From the NCBI GenBank assembly GCA_033764015.1, contig JANRJK010000036.1, positions 96,001-160,000 on the forward strand: a stretch of DNA of 64,000 bases. The letters are read 5' to 3'. The translations under genes were made by a program, and so were the position numbers. The DNA is from Candidatus Sumerlaeia bacterium (lineage in GTDB: Bacteria; Sumerlaeota; Sumerlaeia; SLMS01; JANRJK01). Below the pieces are notes generated by a model that saw only the letters and a list, made by a program, of their open reading frames with translations, did not search any database and was not told the DNA's origin. This document shows, piece after piece, positions 26,991 through 35,288 of this stretch (positions are counted from its first letter, which is position 1; every line of letters starts with the position of its first letter).

Positions 26991-27709
26991 GGGGCCCCGG
27001 AACCGAGGAGGACGCGCACGGCGCCGTCGAGCGTGGGGGCGGCGCGGAGGCCCTCCGGCGCCGCCCGCCCGCCGCGCAGCACGAGGCACTGGGCCCAGCC
27101 GGCGGCGAGCGCGCCGTGGCCGTCGGCGTCGGGCTCGTCGCCGATGATCGCCGGGCGGCGGGCGCCGAGGCGGCGGGCCGCTTCGCGGTAGATCGCGGGA
27201 TCGGGCTTCTCGGCGCCGACATCGCAGGAGACGACGGTCGCGTGGAAGCGCTCCGCGAGGCCGAGGGCTTCGAGGACCGGGTGGAGGCGCGCGTCCCAGT
27301 TGCTGAGCACCGCGGTCCGCGCGCCGGCCTCCGCGACGAGCCGGAGGGCCGCATCCACATCGGGAAAGACGCGCCAGCAGCGGGCGGTCGCGAACTCGTC
27401 GTAGACGGCGGGATAGTAGCCGGGGTCCTGCGGCGGCCGGTAGCCGGCGAGGCGGAACGTCTCTCGCACGACCGGGTACCAGAAGGCGCGCGCTTCGGCG
27501 TCGGTGCGTCCGTACGGGGCCCCGCCGCCCCCCGCAGCGGCCCGCGCGTCGCGCCAGGAGCGGCGGAACGCGATGGAGAGTTCCGCGCCCTCCGCCTCGG
27601 CGCCGAAGTCCGCCGCGACCCGGGCGTACACGTCGCCGATGCCCGGCCAAGGCTCGATGAGGGTATAGCCTGCGTCGAAGAAGACCGTGTCGGGCGGGGC
27701 GTTCGTCAT
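26987..27709 (-). CDS. HAD-superfamily hydrolase (IA, REG-2-like)
   Basis: FFDAGYTL, LSNWD, EKPDPAIY and IGD...D motifs. Confidence 0.9.
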   Translation of the reverse strand: MTNAPPDTVFFDAGYTLIEPWPGIGDVYARVAADFGAEAEGAELSIAFRRSWRDARAAAGGGGAPYGRTDAEARAFWYPVVRETFRLAGYRPPQDPGYYPAVYDEFATARCWRVFPDVDAALRLVAEAGARTAVLSNWDARLHPVLEALGLAERFHATVVSCDVGAEKPDPAIYREAARRLGARRPAIIGDEPDADGHGALAAGWAQCLVLRGGRAAPEGLRAAPTLDGAVRVLLGSGAP

Positions 27710-27847
27710 GCGGCGCAATAGGCGCGTGCGGTGCCGGGTGGGTCAACGGCGCGCATTGACACCGTGCGGCGCGGCGGGCTCATGTTCCCGTGAAGCTTCG
27801 AATTCCAATGTATCTGCGGGCCGTTTCCCTTTCAGGAGGAGCCTCCC

Positions 27848-28492
27848 ATGCGCGGAACCACCCTTGCCGGTCTGGCGCTGGCCGCCGCGGCCGCCGCCGT
27901 GCTGGCGCTGCCCAGCGCCTCGCCCTCGCAGGAAGGCGGCGCCGCGCCGCCGCAGTGGAAGCCGGGGTTGGTGCTGTCCTCCGGGGACTCCGACTCGACG
28001 GATTCGCTCCAGATCGTACTCGGCGCCGAACCGGGCCTCTATGAACTGCGCGACGTCGGCGCGGCGATCCAGCTCCGCGTGCTCCCCGCCACCGCGGAGA
28101 ACACGAAGGAACTGACGCTCGAGGAGTTCTCCGCGGAGGCGCACAAGCTGCGCTCGAACCGGGTGCCCGAGGTGACGATCGACTTCCGCCGCTTCAACGA
28201 CGACGCGTTCGTGTTCGAGGCCTCATCCACCGGCGCCTCGCGCCCCGCGCTCTTCACCGCCGTCGTGCGCGGCCTCGACAACGCCACCACACCCACGATC
28301 ATCAACATGCCCCTCGAGCTGAAGGTGCTGCTCGAAGGCCCGGACCGCGTGCGCATCATCCAGTTCGAAGGCGAGGGCGCCCGCAAGACCGCGCGCCCGG
28401 AAAGCAGCGTCCTCGTCGCGCCGGTCGCACCGGATAAGCCCGCCCGCGTGTATGTGACGCGCCGCGAGCTGCCCCTCGCCACGCCGAAGTAA
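27848..28492 (+). CDS. Hypothetical secreted protein
   Basis: RBS AGGAGGAG, signal peptide MRGTTLAGLALAAAAAAVLALPSA, strong GC3 codon bias. Confidence 0.75.
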   Translation: MRGTTLAGLALAAAAAAVLALPSASPSQEGGAAPPQWKPGLVLSSGDSDSTDSLQIVLGAEPGLYELRDVGAAIQLRVLPATAENTKELTLEEFSAEAHKLRSNRVPEVTIDFRRFNDDAFVFEASSTGASRPALFTAVVRGLDNATTPTIINMPLELKVLLEGPDRVRIIQFEGEGARKTARPESSVLVAPVAPDKPARVYVTRRELPLATPK

Positions 28493-28496
28493 CTCG

Positions 28497-29519
28497 GTGC
28501 GCGGCTACACCGTCGCGGGGAACGGGCTCGACACGCTCCGCGTGGTGGATCTGCCCGATCCCCCGGCCCCCGCAGCCGGCGAAGCGGTCGTCCGCGCGCT
28601 TGCCGTCACGCTCAATTACCGCGACTTGATGGTGGCGGAGGGGCGCTACGGCCAACCCCTCAAGGCACCGATGATTCCGTGCAGCGACGCCTGCGGCGTG
28701 GTCGAAGCGGTCGGCCCCGGAGTGCGCGGGCTGGCGCCCGGGGACCGCGTGGTGAACACGGCGATCCGGAACTGGCCCTGCGGCGCGCTTCGGCGCGAGC
28801 ACCAGCGCGCCTTCAGCGGCGGCGGAGGGGTGGGCGGAGTGCTCGCCGAGCGCTTCGCGTACCCGGCGGACGCGCTCGTGAAGGCCCCCGCGCACCTGTC
28901 CGACGAGGAGGCGGCGGCGCTTCCGGTCGCGGGCCTCACCGCTTGGGCCGCGCTGGTGCCGTTCGCCGGGGCCAGGGCCGGCGACTGGGTGCTTTCCCAT
29001 GGCACCGGCGGGGTCTCGATCTTCGCGGCGCAGCTCGGCGCCCGCATGGGCCTGCGCGTGGTGCTGAGCACCTCCTCGGAATCGAAGGGGAAGCTGGTGC
29101 GGGAGCGCTTCGGCGTGGCCGCGACGGTGGACTACCGGGACCCGGAATGGCCCGCGGCGGTTCGCGCGCTGACGGGGGGCGAGGGTGTCGACGTGCTGCT
29201 GGAGACCGCGGGCGGCGCCACCTTCGCACGCTCCATCGAGGCGATGGCGTTCGGCGGGCGCATCGCCGTGATCGGAGTGCTCGACGGCGACGAGGGGCCC
29301 GCGAGCCTGGTGCGCATCCTCGCGAGGCAACTCCGGGTGGGGGGCATCTACATGGAGTCCACGGCGGAGCTGCGCGCCTTCGCCCGCGCGGTGGAGGCCT
29401 GGCGGTTGCATCCGTGCATCGACAGCGTCTTCTCCTTCGCGGAGGCCCCCGCGGCGTACCGGCACCTGGCCGCCGGGTCGCACTTGGGGAAGGTGGCGAT
29501 CCGCGTCGCGGAGCGCTGA
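28497..29519 (+). CDS. NAD(P)-dependent alcohol dehydrogenase / quinone reductase-like (MDR family)
   Basis: LNYRDL, IPCSDACGVVEAVG, AGLTAWAAL, GTGGVSIFA and HLGKVAI. Confidence 0.92.
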   Translation: MRGYTVAGNGLDTLRVVDLPDPPAPAAGEAVVRALAVTLNYRDLMVAEGRYGQPLKAPMIPCSDACGVVEAVGPGVRGLAPGDRVVNTAIRNWPCGALRREHQRAFSGGGGVGGVLAERFAYPADALVKAPAHLSDEEAAALPVAGLTAWAALVPFAGARAGDWVLSHGTGGVSIFAAQLGARMGLRVVLSTSSESKGKLVRERFGVAATVDYRDPEWPAAVRALTGGEGVDVLLETAGGATFARSIEAMAFGGRIAVIGVLDGDEGPASLVRILARQLRVGGIYMESTAELRAFARAVEAWRLHPCIDSVFSFAEAPAAYRHLAAGSHLGKVAIRVAER

Positions 29520-29600
29520 ATCCCGCGGATCGGTACGCTCGTGGCTTCGAGGTAGCTTGACCGGTTGGCGCCGGTCGCCCAGAACTGCCGGGCGGAACCG

Positions 29601-30824
29601 ATGAAGCTGCCAGCCGACGCGACCCCCTCCGAAATCCTCCTCCACTACGCGCGCGCCGCGTGGCGCCAGCTCTATTGGATGCTGGTCGAGGCGCCGCGCT
29701 TCATCCGCCCGACCCTCGAGGGGGTGTTCTTCATCGCCTTCACGCTGGCGGTGGGCTTCGCGGCGATGAACACCGGCGCCCAGCTGCTTTACGTGATGTT
29801 CTCGCTGATGTGCGGCTTCCTGGTGCTTTCCGCGGTGCTGGCGACGCGCAACATCGTCGGCCTGCGGGTGCGCCGCGAGGCCCCCCGGCTCGCGGACGCG
29901 GGGCGCCCGTTCCGGGTGGCGCTGTGGCTCGAGAACCGCAAGCGCCTGCTCCCGACGTTTTCGATCCGCCTCCACGACGAACTCGAATCGGGGGGCCGGG
30001 TGGGCGCCGCCTTCGCCGACGGGGTGCCCGCGCGCGGCGTCGCGGAGGAACCCTACTGGCTGGTCTTCCCGCGCCGCGGCCTGGTGCGTTTCGCCGGGAT
30101 CCGCCTCGGCACCCGGTTCCCGTTCGGACTGATCGAGCGGCGCTTCAGCGTGCCCGCGCCTTGGGAGGTGCTGGTGCTGCCGCAGGTGGTGGACGTGTCG
30201 TACTCGATGGCGCAGGCGCTGCCGGAGCTGGGCGAGCGCCCGCTGAACCGCCGCGGCCACGGCCTCGGCCTGTACAACATCCGCCCGCACGTCCCGGGCG
30301 ACAACAGCCGCGACATCCACTGGAAGACGACGGCGCGCCGCGGGCAGCTCATGGTCCGCGAGTACGAGTCGGAGGAGCGGCGCCAGGCCGTGGTGCTGCT
30401 GGACGAGGCGGTGCCCCCGGGCGGCGAGGAGGACGCCGCGCTCCGGGGGGAGTTCGAGCACGCCGTGGTGCTCGCGGCCTCCGTGTGCGCGTGGCTCGCG
30501 CGGAACGACTACGACTTCGAGCTGCGGACCCGCGGCGGGCGCAGCGGACTCGGCGAGGGGGACCGGCACCTGCAGCGGTGCCGCCGGCTGCTGGCGCGCA
30601 TCGAGCTCGCCGGCACCGCCGCGGAGGGCACGCGTCCACCCGCGCCCCCGCAGTCCCGCGCCGCGGCGGTCGCCATCGGCTGGCGCCACGGCGCGCCCCG
30701 GGGCGCGGGCGGCGCCTACGTGCTGCACGTCGACGACTTCCGTTCCGAGATCGACAGCGCGCTCAACCACCCGGCGGAGGAGTCCGCCCTCTTCGAACTC
30801 CCCGCGACGGAGGAGCGCCCGTGA
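29601..30824 (+). CDS. DUF58 domain-containing membrane protein
   Basis: N-terminal TMs with AAMNTG, FPRRG, TRFPFGL, IRPHVPGDNSRDIHWKTTAR and LMVREYE. Confidence 0.9.
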   Translation: MKLPADATPSEILLHYARAAWRQLYWMLVEAPRFIRPTLEGVFFIAFTLAVGFAAMNTGAQLLYVMFSLMCGFLVLSAVLATRNIVGLRVRREAPRLADAGRPFRVALWLENRKRLLPTFSIRLHDELESGGRVGAAFADGVPARGVAEEPYWLVFPRRGLVRFAGIRLGTRFPFGLIERRFSVPAPWEVLVLPQVVDVSYSMAQALPELGERPLNRRGHGLGLYNIRPHVPGDNSRDIHWKTTARRGQLMVREYESEERRQAVVLLDEAVPPGGEEDAALRGEFEHAVVLAASVCAWLARNDYDFELRTRGGRSGLGEGDRHLQRCRRLLARIELAGTAAEGTRPPAPPQSRAAAVAIGWRHGAPRGAGGAYVLHVDDFRSEIDSALNHPAEESALFELPATEERP

Positions 30825-33238
30825 GGTTCCGCGACGCGTTCCGGACGCTCACCTATCTGACCACCTTCTGGGCATATGCGATCCTCGCGTCGACGCAGGT
30901 GGTGAATCCCGTGGCGACCTTCGTGTTCGCGCTTGGCGGCGGCTTCGCGCTGATGCGGCACCGCATCGGCCTCGGCGAGTCGCGGACGCTCTGGCGGGTT
31001 CTGAACGTGGGGGCGATCGTCGGCGCGATCTACGGGTTCTTCGTCGCGGCGCAGCGCATCGACACCGTGGTGTACCTCTTCCTGTACCTCGCGATGAACC
31101 GCCTGTGGACGGCGAAGACCAACCGGGACTTCCTGCAGCTCTACGCGCTCGGCTTTTTCATGGTGCTCGCGGCGAGCGTTTCGACGGAGTCCATCGCGTT
31201 CGCGCCGATGGTGCTGGCTTACGTGGGGCTAATGGTCGCGGCGCTGGTGTGCTTCACTATCAAGCGCGACAGCGAGGCGGTCTTCGCCGCCGCGCCGGCG
31301 GCGCCGGGGGACGCGCGCGCCCCGAGGCGCGTGACGGACTTCGACCGCGAGCGGCTGGCGCGGCTGCACGACAGCCGCTTCGGCACCCGGGCGCGCGCCG
31401 CCGCCGCGCTGGCGGGAATGCTCTTCGTCTCCGCCATCGCGGCCTCCGTGTTCTTCGTGGTGCCCCGCATGGAGGTCGGCTCGCTTTTCCGCGGCTTCGG
31501 CCCGGGGCAGCCGAACACCCGCATGTCGGGGTTCTCGGACACGGTCGAGCTCGGCGCCGTAGGCGGCATCCAGCAGGACGCCACCATCGTGGGACGCATC
31601 CAGCAGGTGGCCCCCGCGGGCTCCGAGTGGGGCTCGCGCGTTGTGTTCCGGGCGGCGGAAGGCGGGGAGGTGTTCGCCCCGGCCGAGGAGACCACCCGCG
31701 ATTCGCTCCGCCTGCGCGGCGCCACCCTGGAACTTTGGAACGGCCGCCGCTGGGACCGCTCGCCGGTGGTCCAGACGATGAACGAAAAGCCCGCCCCCGG
31801 CGTGGGCGGCCACGAGCAGGGCGACGACCGCCTGGCGCGCGGCGAGGTCGAGCACTTCCACATCGTCATCGAGCCGATCGGCACCAAGGCGCTCTTCCTC
31901 CCGGACCGCCTGCGGCGTGTGCTCCTCGATTCGAAGCAGACGCTCGAGATCGACCCGTTCAGCCGGACGGTCCGCTTCGCCAGGATCCCGAACGGGCTTT
32001 CGGGCTACGTGGCCGAGGCGACGCGGGAGGTGATGGGCTCGCGGCTGACGCCCGCGGACGCGCCCGAGGGGCCCGGCTCGGCGCTGCCGGAGACCTACGA
32101 GGCGGCCGCCATGCGGCTGGTGTCCGAGCGGCTCCCGCGCGCCTTCAGCATCGCCCCCGGCGGCGACGCCCCGGTCCGCTCGCCAAGCGACGGACTCCCC
32201 CCGGCGGTCGCATCCGAACTCCTGCAACTCCCCCCCGGACGCGACTCGGAAGTGCTCAGCAGGGTCGCGCGCGAGTGGCTCGGGGACATCACCGACCCGC
32301 TCGAGACCGCCAAAGCCATCGAGCGCCGCCTCCAGCGGGAGTTCGCCTACGATCTCGACACGTCCTCCTTCAGCAACGAGCCGGACCACATCGAGCGCTT
32401 CCTCCTCTCGGAGCGGCGCGGCCACTGCGAGTACTTCGCCACCTCCATGGTGCTGATGCTGCGCACCCGCGGAATCCCGTCGCGGCTCGTCACCGGGTTC
32501 ATCACGGACGAGTGGAGCGGGACCGGCGGCGGCTACTTCATCATCCGCCAGGAGCACGCGCACTCCTGGGCCGAGGCGTACCTGGCCGACTACGGCTGGG
32601 TCGCGTTCGACCCGACGCCCGCGGACGGCATCGGGAGCGGCCGGATCCGCGACACCTTCTACCGCGCGCTGAGCCGCTCGCTCGACGGGCTGCGCGTCGC
32701 CTGGTACCGCTATGTCGTGGACTTCGACGTGCGCGACCAGCAGAAGCTGTTCTCCAGCCTCTTCGGTGGAGGCAACGTGCGGCGCGGCGCTCATTGGCTG
32801 ATCCAGGCGGACGGTCAACTGAGCCGGTTGCTGCGGAGCGCCGCCAATGGGGACCGGCGCCCGCTGGGCCTCGCGATCCTGGGCGTCGCCCTCATGGTCG
32901 TCGGGATCCTCCTGCTGGCGCGGCTCGCAAGGCTGATGCGCCTCGCCCGCGCCGAGTCCGGGGGCGCGGCGCGCTCCCGCGAGATCCGCGAGTACCTAGC
33001 GCTCCTCGCGTTCCTCGACCGGCTCCGGCCGCGCCCGCCGGGCGAGACGCCGCGCGAGACCGCCGCCCACTGGGCGCCGCGGATCCCCGGCGCGGAGGCG
33101 CTCGTGCCGCTCACGGAGTCGTACTACGCGGCGCGCTTCGCCGACGCCCCTTGGGACGCCGGCCATGCGAAGGCGGCCAAGACCCTGCTCGACACGTTCC
33201 GCCGCTGGCAGGCGGAGCAGAAGGCGGCGAAGCGGTGA
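30821..33238 (+). CDS. TgpA-like transglutaminase membrane protein (DUF3488 + transglutaminase core)
   Basis: GTG overlaps the DUF58 stop. N-terminal TM domain, SGFSDTVELG, catalytic GHCEYFAT, RLVTGF, HAHSWAE and FDPTP. Confidence 0.9.
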   Translation: MRFRDAFRTLTYLTTFWAYAILASTQVVNPVATFVFALGGGFALMRHRIGLGESRTLWRVLNVGAIVGAIYGFFVAAQRIDTVVYLFLYLAMNRLWTAKTNRDFLQLYALGFFMVLAASVSTESIAFAPMVLAYVGLMVAALVCFTIKRDSEAVFAAAPAAPGDARAPRRVTDFDRERLARLHDSRFGTRARAAAALAGMLFVSAIAASVFFVVPRMEVGSLFRGFGPGQPNTRMSGFSDTVELGAVGGIQQDATIVGRIQQVAPAGSEWGSRVVFRAAEGGEVFAPAEETTRDSLRLRGATLELWNGRRWDRSPVVQTMNEKPAPGVGGHEQGDDRLARGEVEHFHIVIEPIGTKALFLPDRLRRVLLDSKQTLEIDPFSRTVRFARIPNGLSGYVAEATREVMGSRLTPADAPEGPGSALPETYEAAAMRLVSERLPRAFSIAPGGDAPVRSPSDGLPPAVASELLQLPPGRDSEVLSRVAREWLGDITDPLETAKAIERRLQREFAYDLDTSSFSNEPDHIERFLLSERRGHCEYFATSMVLMLRTRGIPSRLVTGFITDEWSGTGGGYFIIRQEHAHSWAEAYLADYGWVAFDPTPADGIGSGRIRDTFYRALSRSLDGLRVAWYRYVVDFDVRDQQKLFSSLFGGGNVRRGAHWLIQADGQLSRLLRSAANGDRRPLGLAILGVALMVVGILLLARLARLMRLARAESGGAARSREIREYLALLAFLDRLRPRPPGETPRETAAHWAPRIPGAEALVPLTESYYAARFADAPWDAGHAKAAKTLLDTFRRWQAEQKAAKR

Positions 33239-33801
33239 CCCGCACGCTCGACCCGGCGGGCTATCCGCGCGAGTACCTGGCCTTCATGGAGCAGTTCAAC
33301 GCGGGCGCGTTCTTCGAGGCGCACGAGGTGCTGGAGGACCTGTGGGTCGTCGAGGTGCCGCCGCTCCGCGAGTACTACAAGGGCCTCATCATGGCGGCGG
33401 TCGCGGTCTGCCATTGGCAACGCGGGCGGCCGTCCCCCGCGTGGCGCCTCTGGCGCGACGCGCGCCCGCGCCTCGCCGCCGTCCCGAAGCGGTTCGAGGG
33501 CTTCGACGTGCACGGGTTCATCGCGGCGATGGATGCGCTCTTCGAACCGATCCGCGACGGGCGGGACGAAGCGTGGACGCCCGCGATGTCGCCGCTCATC
33601 CCGCGCCTTCAGGTCGACCCGGCGCACTCCGCGGCGGGAGCCGGCGGCTCCGCGGCGGGAGCCGGCGGCTCCCCCGGCACGGGAGCGGCGGAAGCCGGCG
33701 CCTCCTCCGACGCGGGAGCGGCGGACGCGTCGGGGAACAGGGAGATGCGCTCGACCGAGACCGTGCATTCCAAGCCGAGCGACTTCCCGAAGCAGACGTA
33801 G
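33235..33801 (+). CDS. DUF309 domain-containing protein
   Basis: GTG overlaps the upstream stop. FNAGAFFEAHEVLEDLW...YKGLI..AVA..H signature. The 3' end overlaps the convergent gene. Confidence 0.85.
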   Translation: MTRTLDPAGYPREYLAFMEQFNAGAFFEAHEVLEDLWVVEVPPLREYYKGLIMAAVAVCHWQRGRPSPAWRLWRDARPRLAAVPKRFEGFDVHGFIAAMDALFEPIRDGRDEAWTPAMSPLIPRLQVDPAHSAAGAGGSAAGAGGSPGTGAAEAGASSDAGAADASGNREMRSTETVHSKPSDFPKQT

Positions 33802-34211
33802 TCGCCGTCGGCGTCGGGGACGTACAGGTAGGCGAGGTCGTACTCTTCGCGCTCCCACCCGCCGCCGGCGCGAAGCTCCAGCTCGGGGGCGGCGGGGAAG
33901 GAGGAGGCGTGCACTCCTTCCCGGGTCGCCATCAGGACCCGCGACTCCAGCTCGATCTCGAACCAGTCGCGGTGCGTGAGGTCGCAGGTGATCGCGGCCA
34001 TGCGCACCTCGCGCAGTTCCACGATGTCCCCGTCGCACTGCGAGCAGTAGGAGACGACGAAGAACGTCCGGCTCTCCGGGTCCCGGGGAAGCTGGACGAG
34101 ATGCGCGAGCGCTTCGGCCGCCTGGCCGGAGTCGAGCACCTGTAGTTGGTCCGCCCGGGACGTGGCGGGGAACAGCGCGAGAAGGGCTGCGGCGAGGAAG
34201 GGGCGGATCAT
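33609..34211 (-). CDS. Hypothetical secreted Cys-containing protein
   Basis: RBS AGGAG, signal peptide MIRPFLAAALLALFPATSRA, YCSQC, DLAYLYV, C...LGLEC and a Pro/Ala tail. Confidence 0.75.
   Translation of the reverse strand: MIRPFLAAALLALFPATSRADQLQVLDSGQAAEALAHLVQLPRDPESRTFFVVSYCSQCDGDIVELREVRMAAITCDLTHRDWFEIELESRVLMATREGVHASSFPAAPELELRAGGGWEREEYDLAYLYVPDADGDYVCFGKSLGLECTVSVERISLFPDASAAPASEEAPASAAPVPGEPPAPAAEPPAPAAECAGST
33627..33672. repeat. 21-bp tandem duplication inside the gene overlap
   Basis: CTCCGCGGCGGGAGCCGGCGG x2 (33627-33647, 33648-33668), encoding PPAPAAE x2 on the minus strand. Confidence 0.8.
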
Positions 34212-34345
34212 GTCGTTCGACTCCTAGGGGGCGGTTGGGGGATTGTCCACGCCAACGACGCGGGGGCGCACAACCGCAAGCGGAGTCGCGGCACAAAGTG
34301 TGTTCCCTGTCCGACATGAACCCGATCGGGACGAAAGGAACGGCG

Positions 34346-35083
34346 ATGGAAGACGGCAAGGTGGCACTGATCACCGGTGGCAGTGGAGGGATCGGATCCG
34401 CCGCGGCGCGCAGGCTCGCGGCGGCGGGCTGGCGGCTCGCGCTCGCGGCGCGCGGGGCGGAGCGCCTCGAGGCGGTGGCGGCGGAGACCGGCGCGCTCGC
34501 CATCACCGCCGACGCGACGCGGTCCGCCGACGTGGACCGCGCTGCGCAGGCGACGGTGGAGCGCTACGGGCGCCTCGACGCCGCGGTGCATTGCGTGGGA
34601 TCGATCCTGCTCAAGTCGGCCCACATCACGAGCGACGAGGAGTTCGCGGACACGATCCAGCGCAACCTGGCCTCGGCGTTCTACCTGCTGCGGGCGGCGG
34701 CGAAGGCGATGCGCAAAGACGGCGGCGCGATCGTGCTGATGTCGTCGTCCGCGGGGCGCATCGGGCTGCCGAACCACGAAGCGATCGCGGCCGCCAAGGC
34801 CGGCATCATCGGCATGGCGCAGTCCGCCGCCGCGTCCTACGCCGCCAACCGGATCCGCGTGAACTGCGTGGCTCCGGGCCTTGTCGACACCGCCATGGCG
34901 GAGCGCATCGTCGGGAACGAGGCGAGCCTGAAGGCCTCGCAAGCGATGCATCCGCTGGGCCGGATCGGACAGCCGGACGAGGTGGCGGCGGTGATCGAGT
35001 GGCTGGTGGGCGAAAACGGAAGTTGGGTGACCGGCCAGACCATCGGCATCGATGGCGGGCTGTCGACGGTGAAGGCGCGATGA
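34346..35083 (+). CDS. SDR family oxidoreductase
   Basis: ITGGSGGIG, GRLD, AAAKAG (YxxxK Tyr position is Ile), IRVNCVAPG, PLGRIG and IDGG. RBS AAAGGA. Confidence 0.92.
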   Translation: MEDGKVALITGGSGGIGSAAARRLAAAGWRLALAARGAERLEAVAAETGALAITADATRSADVDRAAQATVERYGRLDAAVHCVGSILLKSAHITSDEEFADTIQRNLASAFYLLRAAAKAMRKDGGAIVLMSSSAGRIGLPNHEAIAAAKAGIIGMAQSAAASYAANRIRVNCVAPGLVDTAMAERIVGNEASLKASQAMHPLGRIGQPDEVAAVIEWLVGENGSWVTGQTIGIDGGLSTVKAR

Positions 35084-35086
35084 CGT

Positions 35087-35125
35087 GAAAACGGGGCCGG
35101 GGCGCGAACTGCCGCCCCGGCCCCG
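35087..35125 (-). terminator. Rho-independent terminator for the rne-microprotein transcript (possibly bidirectional)
   Basis: 13-bp perfect stem CGGGGCCGGGGCG/CGCCCCGGCCCCG (35092-35125), followed on the minus strand by TTTTC. Confidence 0.8.
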
Positions 35126-35144
35126 GCTCGTCATGGGAGGGTTC

Positions 35145-35285
35145 CTACAGGAGCTTGGTGACGAAGAGCGCGATGGTGGAGATGATCGAGGCGCCGACGC
35201 CCACCACGAAGGCGAGCGTGAGCCCCGAGTAGTCGCGTTCCTCGCGGCGCTGCATCTCTTCGCGGGTTTTCTTGGCCTGGCTCAT
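35145..35285 (-). CDS. 46-aa membrane microprotein (not in ORF track)
   Basis: ATG 3 nt after the rne stop, with AAGGAAAG upstream. Translates to MSQAKKTREEMQRREERDYSGLTLAFVVGVGASIISTIALFVTKLL. Almost all codons end in G/C. Lies before the terminator. Confidence 0.8.
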   Translation of the reverse strand: MSQAKKTREEMQRREERDYSGLTLAFVVGVGASIISTIALFVTKLL

Positions 35286-35288
35286 CGG

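Noticed and set aside
34346..35083. SDR lacking the catalytic Tyr (HEAIAAAK)
   Set aside because: To my knowledge this variant is a widespread SDR subfamily, so it is not evidence of a pseudogene or novelty.
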